DNA from: Hypanus sabinus
Lineage: Eukaryota
Direction: 5' to 3'
DNA length: 64,000 nucleotides
Assembly: GCF_030144855.1 (NCBI RefSeq)
Contig: NC_082715.1
Location: 76,632,001 to 76,696,000 of the forward strand
Of this stretch, positions 11,371 to 23,965 are shown piece after piece (position 1 is the first letter of the stretch; each line of letters starts with the position of its first letter). The notes beneath the pieces are model-generated. The model saw nothing but the letters and a program-made list of their open reading frames with translations, made no database searches and was not told the origin of the DNA. The translations under genes were made by a program, and so were the position numbers.

Positions 11371-12199
11371 GGACTGTTCTCTTGCTCTCCCCATCTGAAT
11401 CCCTGACAGTTTCCTAGGCGGTTTACCTTGGCAGTCATCCTGGCCCTGTGAAAGCATCCCAGCCCTGCGTCCTAGGAAGGGTCCTGGCCCTAGCCCAAGT
11501 TTGTGTTCCTGTCCCAGCTCCTAGTCTGTGTCCTTAACTCTAGTCCAGTCCAGTTTCCAGTACTTCAGTGCCTGCGTCTTGCATTTGGTTCTGCCTTCAA
11601 CACCCAAGGTATAACACATGTGGGTTTCCTCTGGGTGCTCTGGTTTCCTCCCTCATTCCAAAGATATACAAATTAGGATTAGTGAATTGCTATGTTGGCT
11701 TCGGAAGTGTAACAACAGATGTGGGCTGCCCCAAGCACAATTCTCACTGATTTAATTTGAAGCAAACAAAGCGGTTCTTTTTCTGTTTCAATGTACACAT
11801 GACAAGTAAAGCTAATCTTTATCTTTAGAAACAGTTTGTGGAAGGGAATCACAGAAACAGTTGTGATGTTAGAGCGAGCATGTGCAGAGAGAGCGGCCAC
11901 TAGCCAGCCTCACTGACAATGAGTGAACCTGTTCAGTGTTCCCAGCTCTACTTGAATCAAACCAGCCCCCAATTGTTGTAGCTCTGTTCCAATCTGACAG
12001 AAACTGCCCTGTAAATCCCAGCAAATCCATCTGCATCCTTTCCACCAGTCTCCCACAAGTTCATTTGTACATACAATGTACTCATAAGCTGGGTGTTCGT
12101 AACCTGAGGAAGACCTGTAGTTCTGATTGGTGCGCCACATTGGAGAGAGTAGTTCATGTAAATCGATGAATTAAATTTGGATTTGCTGGACACGATTTC

Positions 12200-13000
12200 C
12201 AAATTTTTCAGAAGGGACTATGGGGAGGTTCAGTGTTGACTTCAAGAAGATACAGATAGGTTGGTGGAATGGACAGGTAGGTAGGTGGTTGATGGAAGTT
12301 GATACAATGAAAAGCAAACAATTACATCTTGCTTGGAAGAATGCAAAACAATATAAATTGGAAGGCAAAATTCTAAAGGGGTATGATTGCAGGGAGATAT
12401 AAGTATTTATATAATTTGTTAAAACTAGCAGGGCAGGTTGAGAAAGTAATTTTAAAAAGCACATGGGATCTTGGACTTCATAAAAATTATAAAAACAAAA
12501 CAGTCTTGATGAACCTTTATAAAACACAAAGTTAGCCATAATCAGAATTTTGTGTTGAGCGTCACACTTTGGGGAAAAATGTAAAGGCTTCAAAGAGGTG
12601 CAGAAGAGGCTTACTAAAATGATTCGGAGGATTAAGGACTTTAGTTATGTAGATAGAATAATAAATCTGGGGTTGTTTTCCTTGTTATTGGGGGGATTGC
12701 AAGGGGATCATAGATAGGTAGTGGTAAAGTGTTCTTATTAGAGCAGCTACCTAGAATTAGGAAACTTCAAAAGAAAATAATTGGCAAAATTAAAATCTTA
12801 CCCAAGTAGGTACTTATTTTACACAGCAAATGGCTAGGTATGGAAGGCACTATTGAGGTAGTGATGTAGCCAAATTCAGTCAATCAGCCAAATGAAGCTA
12901 ATAAGTATCTGAATTGAATGAATGTTTGGTTTCAGAGGTGTATGGAGTGCTCTTGTGTAGGACTCAAATATGCTTGATCGTCCAAGTAGTCTTTCATGCT
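12200..13000 (+). mobile_element. Old, heavily decayed CR1-like LINE 3' part
   Basis: Weak matches to the CR1 RT C-terminus (gaggtgcagaagaggcttactaaaatgattc). Confidence 0.55.
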
Positions 13001-14584
13001 CTAACCACTCAGTGATTATATAATAAGCAGCAACTGCTCTGAGCATTTTCTAAGTTGAAAGAAAGGGACATTGTTGTGAAAAGATAATCAGCAGGGAATC
13101 TTAGATGTTCATGAATGATCTGCATTTTTGCTCCGTCTCTCCGTCTCTGACCTTGAACTGGTTGCTATGGATACTCAACTGTTTCCTTTATCAGTCATTA
13201 CTTTTTATTCACAAAATTCACGTTTTCACAGAGAACATTGGCATGCTTTAAATAATTCCTTTTAACAACTGATTTTTCAAGACATGGTGTTCTCTACCCT
13301 TTAACTTTTTGGTATAAAAGCACAAATCCCTCAATAGTTAAAGCAGATTTCTACAGATTTTCTCTGCTTTCCCTAACTCTTTACAATTTCCTCAGTTAAT
13401 CCAAATTTTTATGCTGTATTCCGAATTCATATTTCATTAAGTCTACAGTGAAAAAATAATTTGACCCAATTGATCTATGCCTGAACTGATAACAATATGA
13501 GCCTCCTTATCTGTCTTTATTCTTGTAATTTTTTTCTCCTCCGTACTGATCTAACTTCTCTTAAATCTAAACTATCTGTTTCAACTAATTTTTATGGGTA
13601 TAGCACATTTTTATTACTATTTGCTCTCCACAGAGATTTGTCCTGAATTTTCTAAGGTTTGATATTGAAAGCCTTTTGAAAATCAAAATATATTAAATAT
13701 AGCAGATTATTCTTGTCTACTGTTTCTATTATGTCTTCGCAGAATTTAATAATTCATGGAATTCAGTCATAACCATTCTTTTTGAAACACATGCTGGCTA
13801 CATTTCATGATATTTTTGTTTCAATTACATCTTTGAATAAGGAATCCATTCGTTTTCTTATCATCTCTGTTAAGCTAGTGGGTCTATCGTTTCCTGAACG
13901 TTTTCTGTCTCCATTTTCTAAATGTCTGATTAGCATTGGCTATCCTCCAATCCTCTGGTACTTCTCCCTCATCACATAAAAAATATACATTTATGTCATA
14001 GTATTTCAGTTAACTTTCCCCACTTTCAATATTTGTGGATTGGTCCATCCATCCACGTCTGGACTTTTATTTCCTCATTAGTTTCAAGTTTGTAAATTAT
14101 TTATTGCCCTTTCTACCTTAAATGCTTTATATTTTTGATCTCTTATAGTGTCACCAGTTAGAGATCTTTGAAATACCAAGCTGAAATATCTTTTCAATAT
14201 TTATGCAATATTCTTCCCATTACCTGTGAGTTTAGCTTGCCACCTGAAACATATCCTGACTTCTTTTGCCTTGTTGTATGTTATTTCATTTTATGTTCCT
14301 TTATAATTTAACCTTGTAGTTTTTTTTATACCTTTTTATGTACTTTGCAAATCTCTTCATATTTCCTTTTGTCATTTTCACACAGGTACTCAGTATACTG
14401 CCTTTATCCTGTTATTTATTCATGATGTACCATTGTTGACTAGTTTGACTTTCATTTAGACCATTTCCTTTGAAATTCATAGATAATTATTTTTAATATG
14501 TACCACTACTGTCCTATCACTATTTTATTTTTGGTTTGAATTCCCTGACTCCTCTTCTTCTGAATTAGCTTGTTTACAATCTAA

Positions 14585-14716
14585 AATGCTGAAGGATCTC
14601 AGCAGGTCAGGTCGAGGGATATCCTTTCCATAGATGCTGCCTGACTGGTTGAGTTCCTCAAGCATTTTTGTATGTGCTACTCAGGATTCCCAGTATGTGC
14701 AGAATCTCTTGTGTTA
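14585..14716. mobile_element. Small fold-back Penelope-terminus element with a 15-bp target duplication
   Basis: Inverted arms at about 14583-14611 and 14640-14668. Flanks ttgtttacaatctaa (14570-14584) and ttgtctacaatctaa (14717-14731). Confidence 0.7.
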
Positions 14717-15566
14717 TTGTCTACAATCTAATGGTTTTATCTGATCTTCATTATGTATATCTTTACCATCATTGTTTAAACATTTATAATGTTGTGATTG
14801 CTGTGATCTGCACTTAACTATTCTTGTTCATATCCTTTAAAGAATCAAGCATGATACTGTTCTTAAAAAAATAATTAGGTAGCTATTTAAAAATTTTATT
14901 TGTTCATTTTACAGAATCTGATCCATGCCGCACTGCAAGATAATTTCTAATAGCCTTGGGGGACTGGTTGTAGACACCTTCTAGAGTAGCTGCAGACCCT
15001 TTGGTGAGGCTACACCCACAATGCATTCAATAGGAAATTCCAAGGAATAGGCCCAGCAAATATGAAGGCATGCTGACATGTTTACAAGGTGGGATCATGT
15101 GCAAATTGGAGTGGAATGTTCAGGTGAAGATGTTCATGTGCACTTGAAGCCCTTGTCCTTCTTGGTGGTAGAGATCCCGATTTTAGGAGATACTGCCAGA
15201 TTAACCTTGGTACAAAACTGCATTTTGCTGTGGGTCCACACCAAAGCCACAATGCACTGGTGGTGGACAGAATGAATTTTTAGGTTAGTATATGGGATCC
15301 AATGGGCAGTTACATCCATAGAACATTACAGAACAGTCCAGGACTTTTGGCCACGATGTTGTGCTAACCTTTCAACCTATTGTTATCCTGCCTAGTCCCA
15401 TTGACCTGCACCTGGATAACCCTCCATAACCCTCCCATCCAAGTACTCAACCAAACTTCTCTTTAATGTAACAACTGAACACACATCCACCACTTATGTA
15501 CCACATTTGTACCACTCTCTGAGTAAAGAAATCCCCCCCCCCCAGGTTTCCCTCCAACTTTCACCC

Positions 15567-15811
15567 TGTTGTGTGTTTAATATTTCAGCAATATTTTAAA
15601 TACATTGTTTTATTAAGCATTCTTTGTTATTTAAGTAACTCATTAGGGGTTATACAGTATGTAAAAAATCTGTGATTTGCATATGTCATCACACCACCAT
15701 GTTATACATGCAGGCCTCATTTAAAGTAAAAACAAAGCTTAGCTTGCATTCTGGACTCCCTTGCTTTTTTTTCCAATTAACTTTTAGGCTTTGGAGTTAC
15801 AAAATATAACA
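15567..15811. mobile_element. Solo LTR inserted in a minus-strand CR1 tail (about 15318-15845)
   Basis: TGTTGTG...TATAACA termini with flanks caccc/cacac (5-bp TSD, one mismatch). Confidence 0.65.
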
Positions 15812-18800
15812 CACACTTAACCTGGGACCTCTGGTTCTAGAGTGACTTTGTGGTAGTGGTAACTTTGACAGGTACTGATAACGCATGACCGCCAGGTACC
15901 TGCAGATTACAAAAGTACCAGTTGTCCAAGCAGATTAAGTCTTAATGCAAGACCCTAAAATCTACAGCATAAATATTGAACGTGTGGTCTCATAGATCAA
16001 GAACCTAAAATATAGATCATCCATACAAATTTCCAAACTGATGAAAAAAAAATCCCTCAAGGTTACTATGGACAAACCTTTTCACAGATGCAGGTAACTC
16101 TGAGGTGTTAGTATAGGTACATTTTATTGCCAGATCTTCAACCTCTCAAATGCCTTTCTGTCACAAGTGTTTTCCAGGAAACTCATGGATCCAAGTAATA
16201 TTGTGAAGGCTAATTAATATCGTGTCATTTAGCAATTAATGCTTTGAAATTGATAACCCCCTGACCCATCCATGGTTTCAAGCACAAAGTCTAATATCCT
16301 GTAGTTAAATATGGAAGTTGGTAGACGGAGCAGTTTCTGGACATTCTGTCAGTTTCTCTGGTTTTAAACACTGACTGCTCCCAAAAGCATATGCTCATGC
16401 TCATAAAGTTCAACCCATTGTCTTGATCTAAATGCATTCCTTTCCAACAGTGTTTATGTTTCCATTGTCTCTAATAAGTGCAGCCAGTTTACTCCTTCCT
16501 TCCCTAACTTTTCTAAATCATTACACCCTATCATATTTAACTTCAATCCTGCTCTCTAGTTAGTTCTGTTGCAGTTATTCCAACTGCTTATTTTTACTTG
16601 CAAGGTTCTGCTTGCTTTATTTTTGTCCTGAACGATTATCTCCTTTCCCCTGCCACACAGAAACCCAGTGTATGCGTTGGATGATTTTTTTTCTTTTTCT
16701 GCTAGTAAATTAAATTAACTTTGTTTTTCATAGTACAAACATTGTACACTTCTTTTGTTAGTTTTCTAAATCATTCAGATTTTCAGAACTTTTTGACAAT
16801 ATAATATACAGCTACTTTTCAATGAGCAAATGGGGAAACAATTGTGTCATTAAAATTATTTCAATTTTCAGCATTGGTTGAAGTAATCTCTTCCAGAATG
16901 TTGAGGATATAAGAATGTCAAAGGCTGTGAGTGGTATCTTGTGCAGTTCACATTCAATTGTTTTGCACTGGTGACAGGAATCTGGAGGCAACATGGCTTC
17001 AATAAATTCTGCCCTGAAGGGGCTGCCGATGTCACACTGAATGATTACATACCTCACGTCCCTAAGTGGTTGAGCTACCTTATGGCAGAGGCGTTTCTTT
17101 CAACCTACTGAATTCTGATATCAAATTCTTCTTTCTATATTGATTTTAAAGTATGGGGAAACTATAATAGGAATTATTCCTGAGGCTAGACAAATCTATA
17201 TAGAACTTTCAATTAAAAATAATTCTAATAGTGTCTTCTCCAGCATTCCAGAAGATTAAATCAAAAATAAAAGTTAATAGGTTTGTAAATATTTTAAAAA
17301 GCATAGAAGCCAATACAGAAGATTTCCATATGACAATTTTAATCCCTTGGGTTATTTGGGTTTAAAATGAAATAGTTCCCTATCAATTATTAATACAATA
17401 ATACCATGAAATCCAAATAGTGGCTGTGCAATTTTCCTATTGTCAAAACGACATTCAAAGTGGAAGACATAATGGACCAGTTTTAGCAATTTTATACACT
17501 ATATGTAAGACTATCTTCTTTGACATACACACACAACACACACAAAGACAGGGAACAAAAACAGTTTTGAAGAGGGGACTGGAAGCAGGTAGTTAAAACC
17601 AAAGGGAGCTATTTTTCCCTTTGAATGGTAGTGATAGCTCTTTACTTACTTGGATGTAGAGCTAACAATAAATGATATCTGTTTTTAGAAAACAAAGCTA
17701 TAACTGTCCACAGAAATATTAACATGGATATTTGCATAACAGAATACCTAATTAGCAATTAAAATTTGATATCTATTCACCTCAAAATACAAATTTGTTA
17801 GAAGTCTCCTTTAAGTTAACTTTTTATATTGGCTGAAAGAGATGGATCATTCAGGTTGATAAAAAAAAAACAGCAACACATCAGATTCAGGTTTATTATC
17901 ACTGACATATGTAATGAAATTTGTTGTTTTGTGGCAGCAGTACATTGCAACACATAAAAATGATTATAAGTAATAATGGACAGACAGACAGACCAAAAGA
18001 GGAATAGTGAATTCATGTTCATGGGTTCAGAATCAGGCGAGGATAACTTCAAACACCACTACCTCCGAACTGATTATATAATCTACAGACTCACTTTCAA
18101 GGACTCTTTACAACTCAAGTTCTCAGTATTATTTTTACTTGCATAATATTTGTCTTTATTTGCACTTTGGTTGTATGCCAATCTTTGTCTGTTTATGTTT
18201 TTTTGTAAATTCTATTTTTTTCTGTAAATGCCTGTGAGAAAATGAATTTTAAATCAGTATATGGTAATATACAGTATACTGTATGTACTTCCATAATAAA
18301 TTTACTTTGAACTTTGAGGTTTATTATCACTGACACATCTAGTGAAATTTGCAAGACATAAAAAAATTAAGTTATAATAAATAAATAATGCAAAAAAGAG
18401 CTGGTGTTCTTGGCTTCATGGGCTGTTCAGCAATATGATAAGCAGAAGAGATTCTTCAGATGCTGGAGATCCAGAGCACAACACAGTCAAAATGATGGAA
18501 GAACTCAGCAGGTCAGGTAACATCAATGAAAAGGAATAAAGAATCAACATTCTGGGCCTACATCATTTTTCAGTGTGTTGGTTGTAAAGCAAAAAATGCA
18601 TTTCACTGTATGTTTCGATGTACACATGATAAATAAACTTGAATCTTGATAGGCTGAATAACCAACTTCTCCAATGTTTTAGATTGTGCAGTGACTCTTT
18701 GTTTCAGGTTCATGTTGACATGGGAAAAATTACCTTGAACTACAGTAGACAGGCAAAATATGTATCTGCTCCTATCCCATCAACTGCAAGTAAAACATCT

Positions 18801-19629
18801 TTTATTTGCAAAAGTAAGTTTGAGGTAACTGTGAAATTGGCTCAATTCCTTGCAGCAAGGTTCTACATGTTGATATGGTCACCCTACCACAAAATCATCA
18901 AATTCATTGTACCAAAACAAGCCTTGCTTTTGAAATGACATGTGTCCAGTTTTATATGATATGATAGTTGAATCACAAGCAGAAAACATCCATCATTTTA
19001 TCCTTGCAGTTGAAACCCTGACTTCTGGCACACCACGCAGGAAGATGTCATTATATCTCTGAATACCATTCTTCAAGGAGATTTTGATGTTGTCATGGCA
19101 CATTAGCAACTGTTCTTCTCACAGATTACCAGAATCCCTGTGGCACAAAAAAGTGATGGTGACTCAGTAAAGCACAGATCTGCTTTTCAACATTAAGGTG
19201 ATTAGCTACAGAAGGAAGATAAGATGGGAAAATGTAATAGAAATATTTTTTATATATACTTACTCATGTGGGTGATGCTAGCTAAATCATAATTAATTGT
19301 TTGAGAGAGTGGTATGGATCTGCCTATTGACCTGAATGTGACCTAAACTGATAAGAATGCAATGATTCTTCACTGTACTCTGGAATAGCCCAGTAAGTCA
19401 CTCAGTTCATGGAACATTTTGATATTCATATACTGTAGCAGTGATCAAGGTAGGGAACATTCACCATAATGAATGCTCATATTGAATGTAGCACCACACC
19501 ATAACATAGCAATTAGCATAAAGTTTTACAACACCAGTAATTGTGATCAGAACAACTCTATAGAAATGTTCAAAATTATGAAAGGCATGGATACAGTACA
19601 CAGTATGGAAAGACCTTGTAAAATGTCCT

Positions 19630-20185
19630 TGTAAGGAAAAGCCTACAAAAAGAAGTGGATATTGCACAGTCCATCATGAGCAAAGTCCTCCCAACCATTG
19701 AGCATACCTACATGGAGTGCTGTTGCAGGAAAGCAGCATCCATCATCAAGGACCCCCATGACCTATGCTTTCTTCTGACTGCAGCCATCAGGAAGAAGGT
19801 AAAGGAGCCTCAGGACTCACACCACCAGGTTCAGGAACAGTTATTACTACTCAACTATCAGGTTCTTGAACCAGAGGGGAGAACTTCACTCAACTTCATT
19901 TGCCTCATCACTGAACTGTTTCACAACTTATGGACATGTTTTCAAGAACTCTTCATCACATCTTTTTTGATATTTATTGCTTATTTATTATTTATGTATG
20001 TATTTCTGTTTTGTATTTGCACAGTTTGTTATCTTTTGCACACTCATTGTTTGTCCTTCATATTGGGTGCAGTCTTTCATTGATTTTTTTGAGTTTCTTT
20101 GATTTACTGTTCATGTTCACAAGAAAATTAAGCTAAAGGTTTATATGGTGACATATATGTAGTTTGCTACTAAATTTACATTGAC
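19630..20185 (+). mobile_element. Rex1-like LINE 3' end
   Basis: DIAQSIMSKVLPTIEHTYMECCCRKAASIIKDPH, then a 3' UTR. Confidence 0.75.
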
Positions 20186-20314
20186 CTGTGGTAACAATCT
20201 TTTCCTGAGGGTAGTGGAGTCCACAGCTAGGCAATATAGATTTCAAGTGAGAGGAGAAAGATTTAAAAGGAACCTGAGGGACAACATTTTATGCAGAGAA
20301 TTGAAGAATGTATG

Positions 20315-20480
20315 TGTGGTAAACCATGTATATCTGTCTGGACACACCCCTCTGCTGACTGCTCCTGTGGCTCCTCCCACAGTCCAAGGCAGTCATCTGG
20401 CATGGACGTGCTCCGTTTTACTGCTAATAAAAGCCTTTCAGTATTTACTCCACTTCCATTCTTTTGGAGTTAGTGCATCA
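20315..20480 (+). mobile_element. Solo LTR, family A variant, in a CR1 tail
   Basis: TGTGGT...GTGCATCA, flanks gtatg/ttatg, internal AATAAA. Its 5' end is shared with the copies at 21807 and 55553. Confidence 0.75.
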
Positions 20481-20934
20481 TTATGGAATGAGATGCCAGA
20501 GGAAGTGGTTAAAGCAGGTGCAATATTATCATTTAAGAAGCACTTGGGTAGGTACATTGAGGGGAGGGGCCAGGAAGGATATAGGCAGAATGCAAGAAAT
20601 TGGGACTAGCTTGTTGGACAACATGGTTGACATGGACTCATTGGGCCAAAGGGCGTAAACCTGTGCTATATTGCTCTGTGACTCTATGACTCACTGTAAG
20701 TTTGAAATTAATTGTAAGATTCAAGATTGATTAATGTAATTTCCAGTACACAAAGGTAAAGGAGAACAAAATAATTGTTAATACAGATCTGGTGTAGTCA
20801 AAACAAATACAATAAGATAAAAAAACATAATAATAACAAACCACAATAAATACATAAGATAGCTAATATACAAAGGTTGATTATAAAGTATGTCCAAAAA
20901 GTGACTCGTGAGTATCTGAACATAAGGTGACTGT

Positions 20935-22630
20935 GACAGGACTGGAAGGTGTAGAATCCTTGAGGGTAGAGCCAAGAAACTGCAAGGGTAAAAAGACCCT
21001 GATGGGAGTTATATGCAGGCCTCCAGACAGTATCCAGGATGATAGCTACAAATTACAACTTGAGATAGAAAAGGCATGTCAAAAGGGCAATGTTACATTC
21101 ATGTACATTCAATATGAGCATTCATTATGGTGGATGGAGAGAGGATTGACTGATTGATAGGAGGCAAAGAGTGGGAATAAAGGGAACCCTTTCTGGTTGG
21201 CTGCCAGTAACTTGTGGTGGTCCACAAGGGTTTGTGTTGGGACGACTTCTTATGTCAATGATTTGGATGATGGAATTGATGGCTTTGTGGTGAAGTCTGC
21301 AGATGATTGAAGATAGGTGGAGGGTCAGCCAGTATTGAGGAAGCAGGGAGTTTGCAGAAGGACTTAGATTAGGAGAATGGGCAAAGAAGTGGCAAATAGA
21401 ATATAGTGTCGAGAAGTATATGGTTATGCACTTTGGTAGAAGGAATGAAATCATAGACTATTTTCTAAATGGAGAGAAAATTCTAATATCTAAGGCACAA
21501 AGAGACTTGTCCCAAGTTCAAATCCAGCCGGCTCTTTGCCTATTTCCATGTATGCTGTGATGAGTGTTGAGTTAGCAACGTGGCCTCATAAAAAAAACAG
21601 TAAAATGCTATGGAAACAGCAAAAATGCCACCCGATGAGCCACAAGGCATGAAAAGGAACAACAGCAAAGATTCTTGGGAGTCCTCATGCAGGATTCCCT
21701 AAAGGTCAACTTGCAGGTTGAATCTGTCGTGAGGAAGCCAAATGTAATGTTAGCATTCATTTTGAGAGGACTAGAATATAAATCAAGGATGTAATGTTGA
21801 GGCTTTTGATGCACCATCAATAACTCACTCTGAGACGTAAAGGCGAGATATCGGCTTTTATTGGCTGGAAGAAGGAACAAGCAGTGGTTGACCACCATAC
21901 TACATCCTGGAGACCTCAATCAGGCCTCAATCGCCTTTATACCGGGGTCTGTGGGAGGAGCCACAGGAGCAGTCAACAGGGGGCGTGTCCAGACAGGTAT
22001 ATGTATATATGCGTGTGTATGTGTGTATATATATATATATAGTTCACCACAGCTTTATAAGGCACTGGTGAGGCTTTACTTGGAGTATAGTGAGCAGTTT
22101 TGGGCCTCTTATCTAAGAAGGAATATGCTAGTATTGGAGAGGGTTCAGAGGAGTTTAATGAGAATGATTCCAGGGACGAAAGGGTTACCATATGAGGACC
22201 AATTGATGGCTCTGGGCTTGTATTCACTGGAATTCAGAAGAATGAGGGAGGATCTTATTGAATCCATTCGATTGTTGAAAGGCCTCAATAGAGTGGATGT
22301 GGGGAGGATATTTCCTTTGATGGGGAAAGTCTAGGTCCAGAACACATAGCCTCATAATAGAGGGATGTAGAACAGAGATGAAGAGGAATTAATTTAGCCA
22401 ATGAGTGGTGAATCTCTGGAACTTGTTGCCACAGGCAGCTGTGGAGACCAAGTCATTGGGTATATTTAAGGCAGAGGTTAATAGATTATTGATCAGTCAT
22501 TGCATGAAGGGTTACGGCAAGAAGGCAACAGATTGGGGCTGAGAGGGAAATAGATCAGCCATGATGAAATGGTGTAACAGACTCAAAGAGCCAAATGGCC
22601 TAATTCTGCTCCTAAAACTTATGGTTTTAT
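20935..22630 (+). mobile_element. CR1-like LINE pieces (endonuclease fragment, RT, 3' tail) with nested insertions
   Basis: VESLRVE...TLMGVICRPPDS (APE), RT remnants, LYKALVRLYLEYSEQFW, and a ...cttatggttttatg tail. Confidence 0.85.
21807..22051 (-). mobile_element. Solo LTR, family A
   Basis: TG...CA termini with a perfect 5-bp TSD GCTTT (21802-21806 and 22052-22056). TATAAA and AATAAA on the minus strand. Confidence 0.88.
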
Positions 22631-22740
22631 GAAAGTGGTGGTGGGGGTTGTGTTGGAGTAGGTTAGAGTGTGAAAGTGTTGATCAGTCTTGCTGCTTGCG
22701 GAAATTAACTTTTTAGGTCTGGTGGTGCTGGTGTGGATGC

Positions 22741-23303
22741 TGTTATGGGGAAGTAGGTTCATGGGTTTGGTAAGTGAGACAGAAGACACTGATTATGAAT
22801 AAACACATTAACCATTTATTTACAGACAGGCAGTAAAATATTTGACCAGCTATCTAAATCAGACAAGTACTCAACTAAGCCACCTTAAGTTACAAAAACA
22901 TTCACTGAATGTTTTTGTACACTGACCATTCAGTAAATTCAATAGGTAGTTCATTAGGTCTTCCCAAGTTACACAGGTACAAAACGAAACATTCAACCAA
23001 TACTCAGCTATGTGTACACATAGGCCCTCCTATATCTGCAGCTCACTTTTCCAATGGTTCTTCAGCACTGGCTGCGGCCTCAGTGTGAAGTTGAGACCCT
23101 GGATACAAAGGAAAAGTGAACGAGTCTCTCACATGTGCTTTTCTTATAACCCTGAGGTGCCCAGCAACCAGACACTGGTGCCTTTGCCATGGCACACAAG
23201 GCAACCAATGGGAAAGAGCTGCTGCACCCTTCAAATGGGCTGATCACAACCAGCACAGTGGAAGCGACTTTTGGCAGCAAGTAAATTAACCCTTCACATA
23301 ACG
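22741..23303. mobile_element. Solo LTR, different family
   Basis: TGTTATG...CATAACG termini with a 5-bp TSD GATGC (22736-22740 and 23304-23308), inside a Rex1-like remnant. Confidence 0.75.
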
Positions 23304-23334
23304 GATGCTACATAGCCTCCTCCCTGATGGGAGT

Positions 23335-23965
23335 GGGGTGACACAGTAGCATAGTGGTTAGTAGAATGTTTTACAGTACCAGCGACCAATGTTCCCTCTA
23401 AGGTGTGCATGCACACACACACACATCTTTTGCTACTAGCGCACAAAAGAATATAACTGCATACGAACTGTTGTCACCCTCTACCTCATTGGCATGTTAA
23501 GTATCTTTTATGATCATACACAATAATATTTCCTTTTCCAGTTTCTGATATGGGTGGTGTTAGCCACAAGGAGTTTGCAATGATTTATCTGCAGATTTTA
23601 GAATTGGCTTATTTATACTGATTTTATTGAAGACATTATTCAGTTCATACACATTATTGTTGCGGGCAAAAATAATTGCTCAGTATAAAATTTTTGTGCA
23701 CACTGGTCATAACAAATTAAGGGGGAGCGTTGCCAGCAACCTGGGTTCAATTACTGCCACTGTCTGTAAGGAGTTTGTACATTCTCCCCATGACCGCATG
23801 GGTTTCCTCTGGTTTTCATCCAGAGTCCAAGGACGTACCAGTTGGTAGGTTAATTGCTCGTTGTAAATTGTCCCATGATTAGGCTAGGGTTAAATAGGAG
23901 GGGTTACTGGATGATGTGGCTTCAAGTGTGGGAAGGGCCGAATCTGTGCTGTATCTCAAAAATAC
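23335..23965 (+). mobile_element. V-SINE split by a hAT MITE
   Basis: tRNA-like head, B-box-like ggttcaatt, and V-domain core. Confidence 0.75.
23387..23732. mobile_element. Non-autonomous hAT element
   Basis: Imperfect TIRs caatgttccctctaa and ttaagggggagcgttg, with an 8-bp TSD ccagcgac/ccagcaac. Confidence 0.8.

Larger units (their letters stand above)
10685..11616. mobile_element. Solo-LTR-like insertion (932 bp) with internal minisatellites
   Basis: Termini TGTTGT...ATAACA. It interrupts a SINE at a CATG site and has no coding remnant. Confidence 0.65.
10572..11830 (+). mobile_element. tRNA-derived V-SINE split by an LTR-like insertion
   Basis: Head ggggtggcatggtggtgtaacagttag. The core gtttgtacgtt...accatg resumes at 11617 as catgtgggtttcctctgggtgctctggtttcctccc. 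Confidence 0.75.

Noticed and set aside
23335-23386. tRNA-like sequences (also near 10572 and 59497)
   Set aside because: They are degenerate SINE heads joined to V-domain cores, not tRNA genes.
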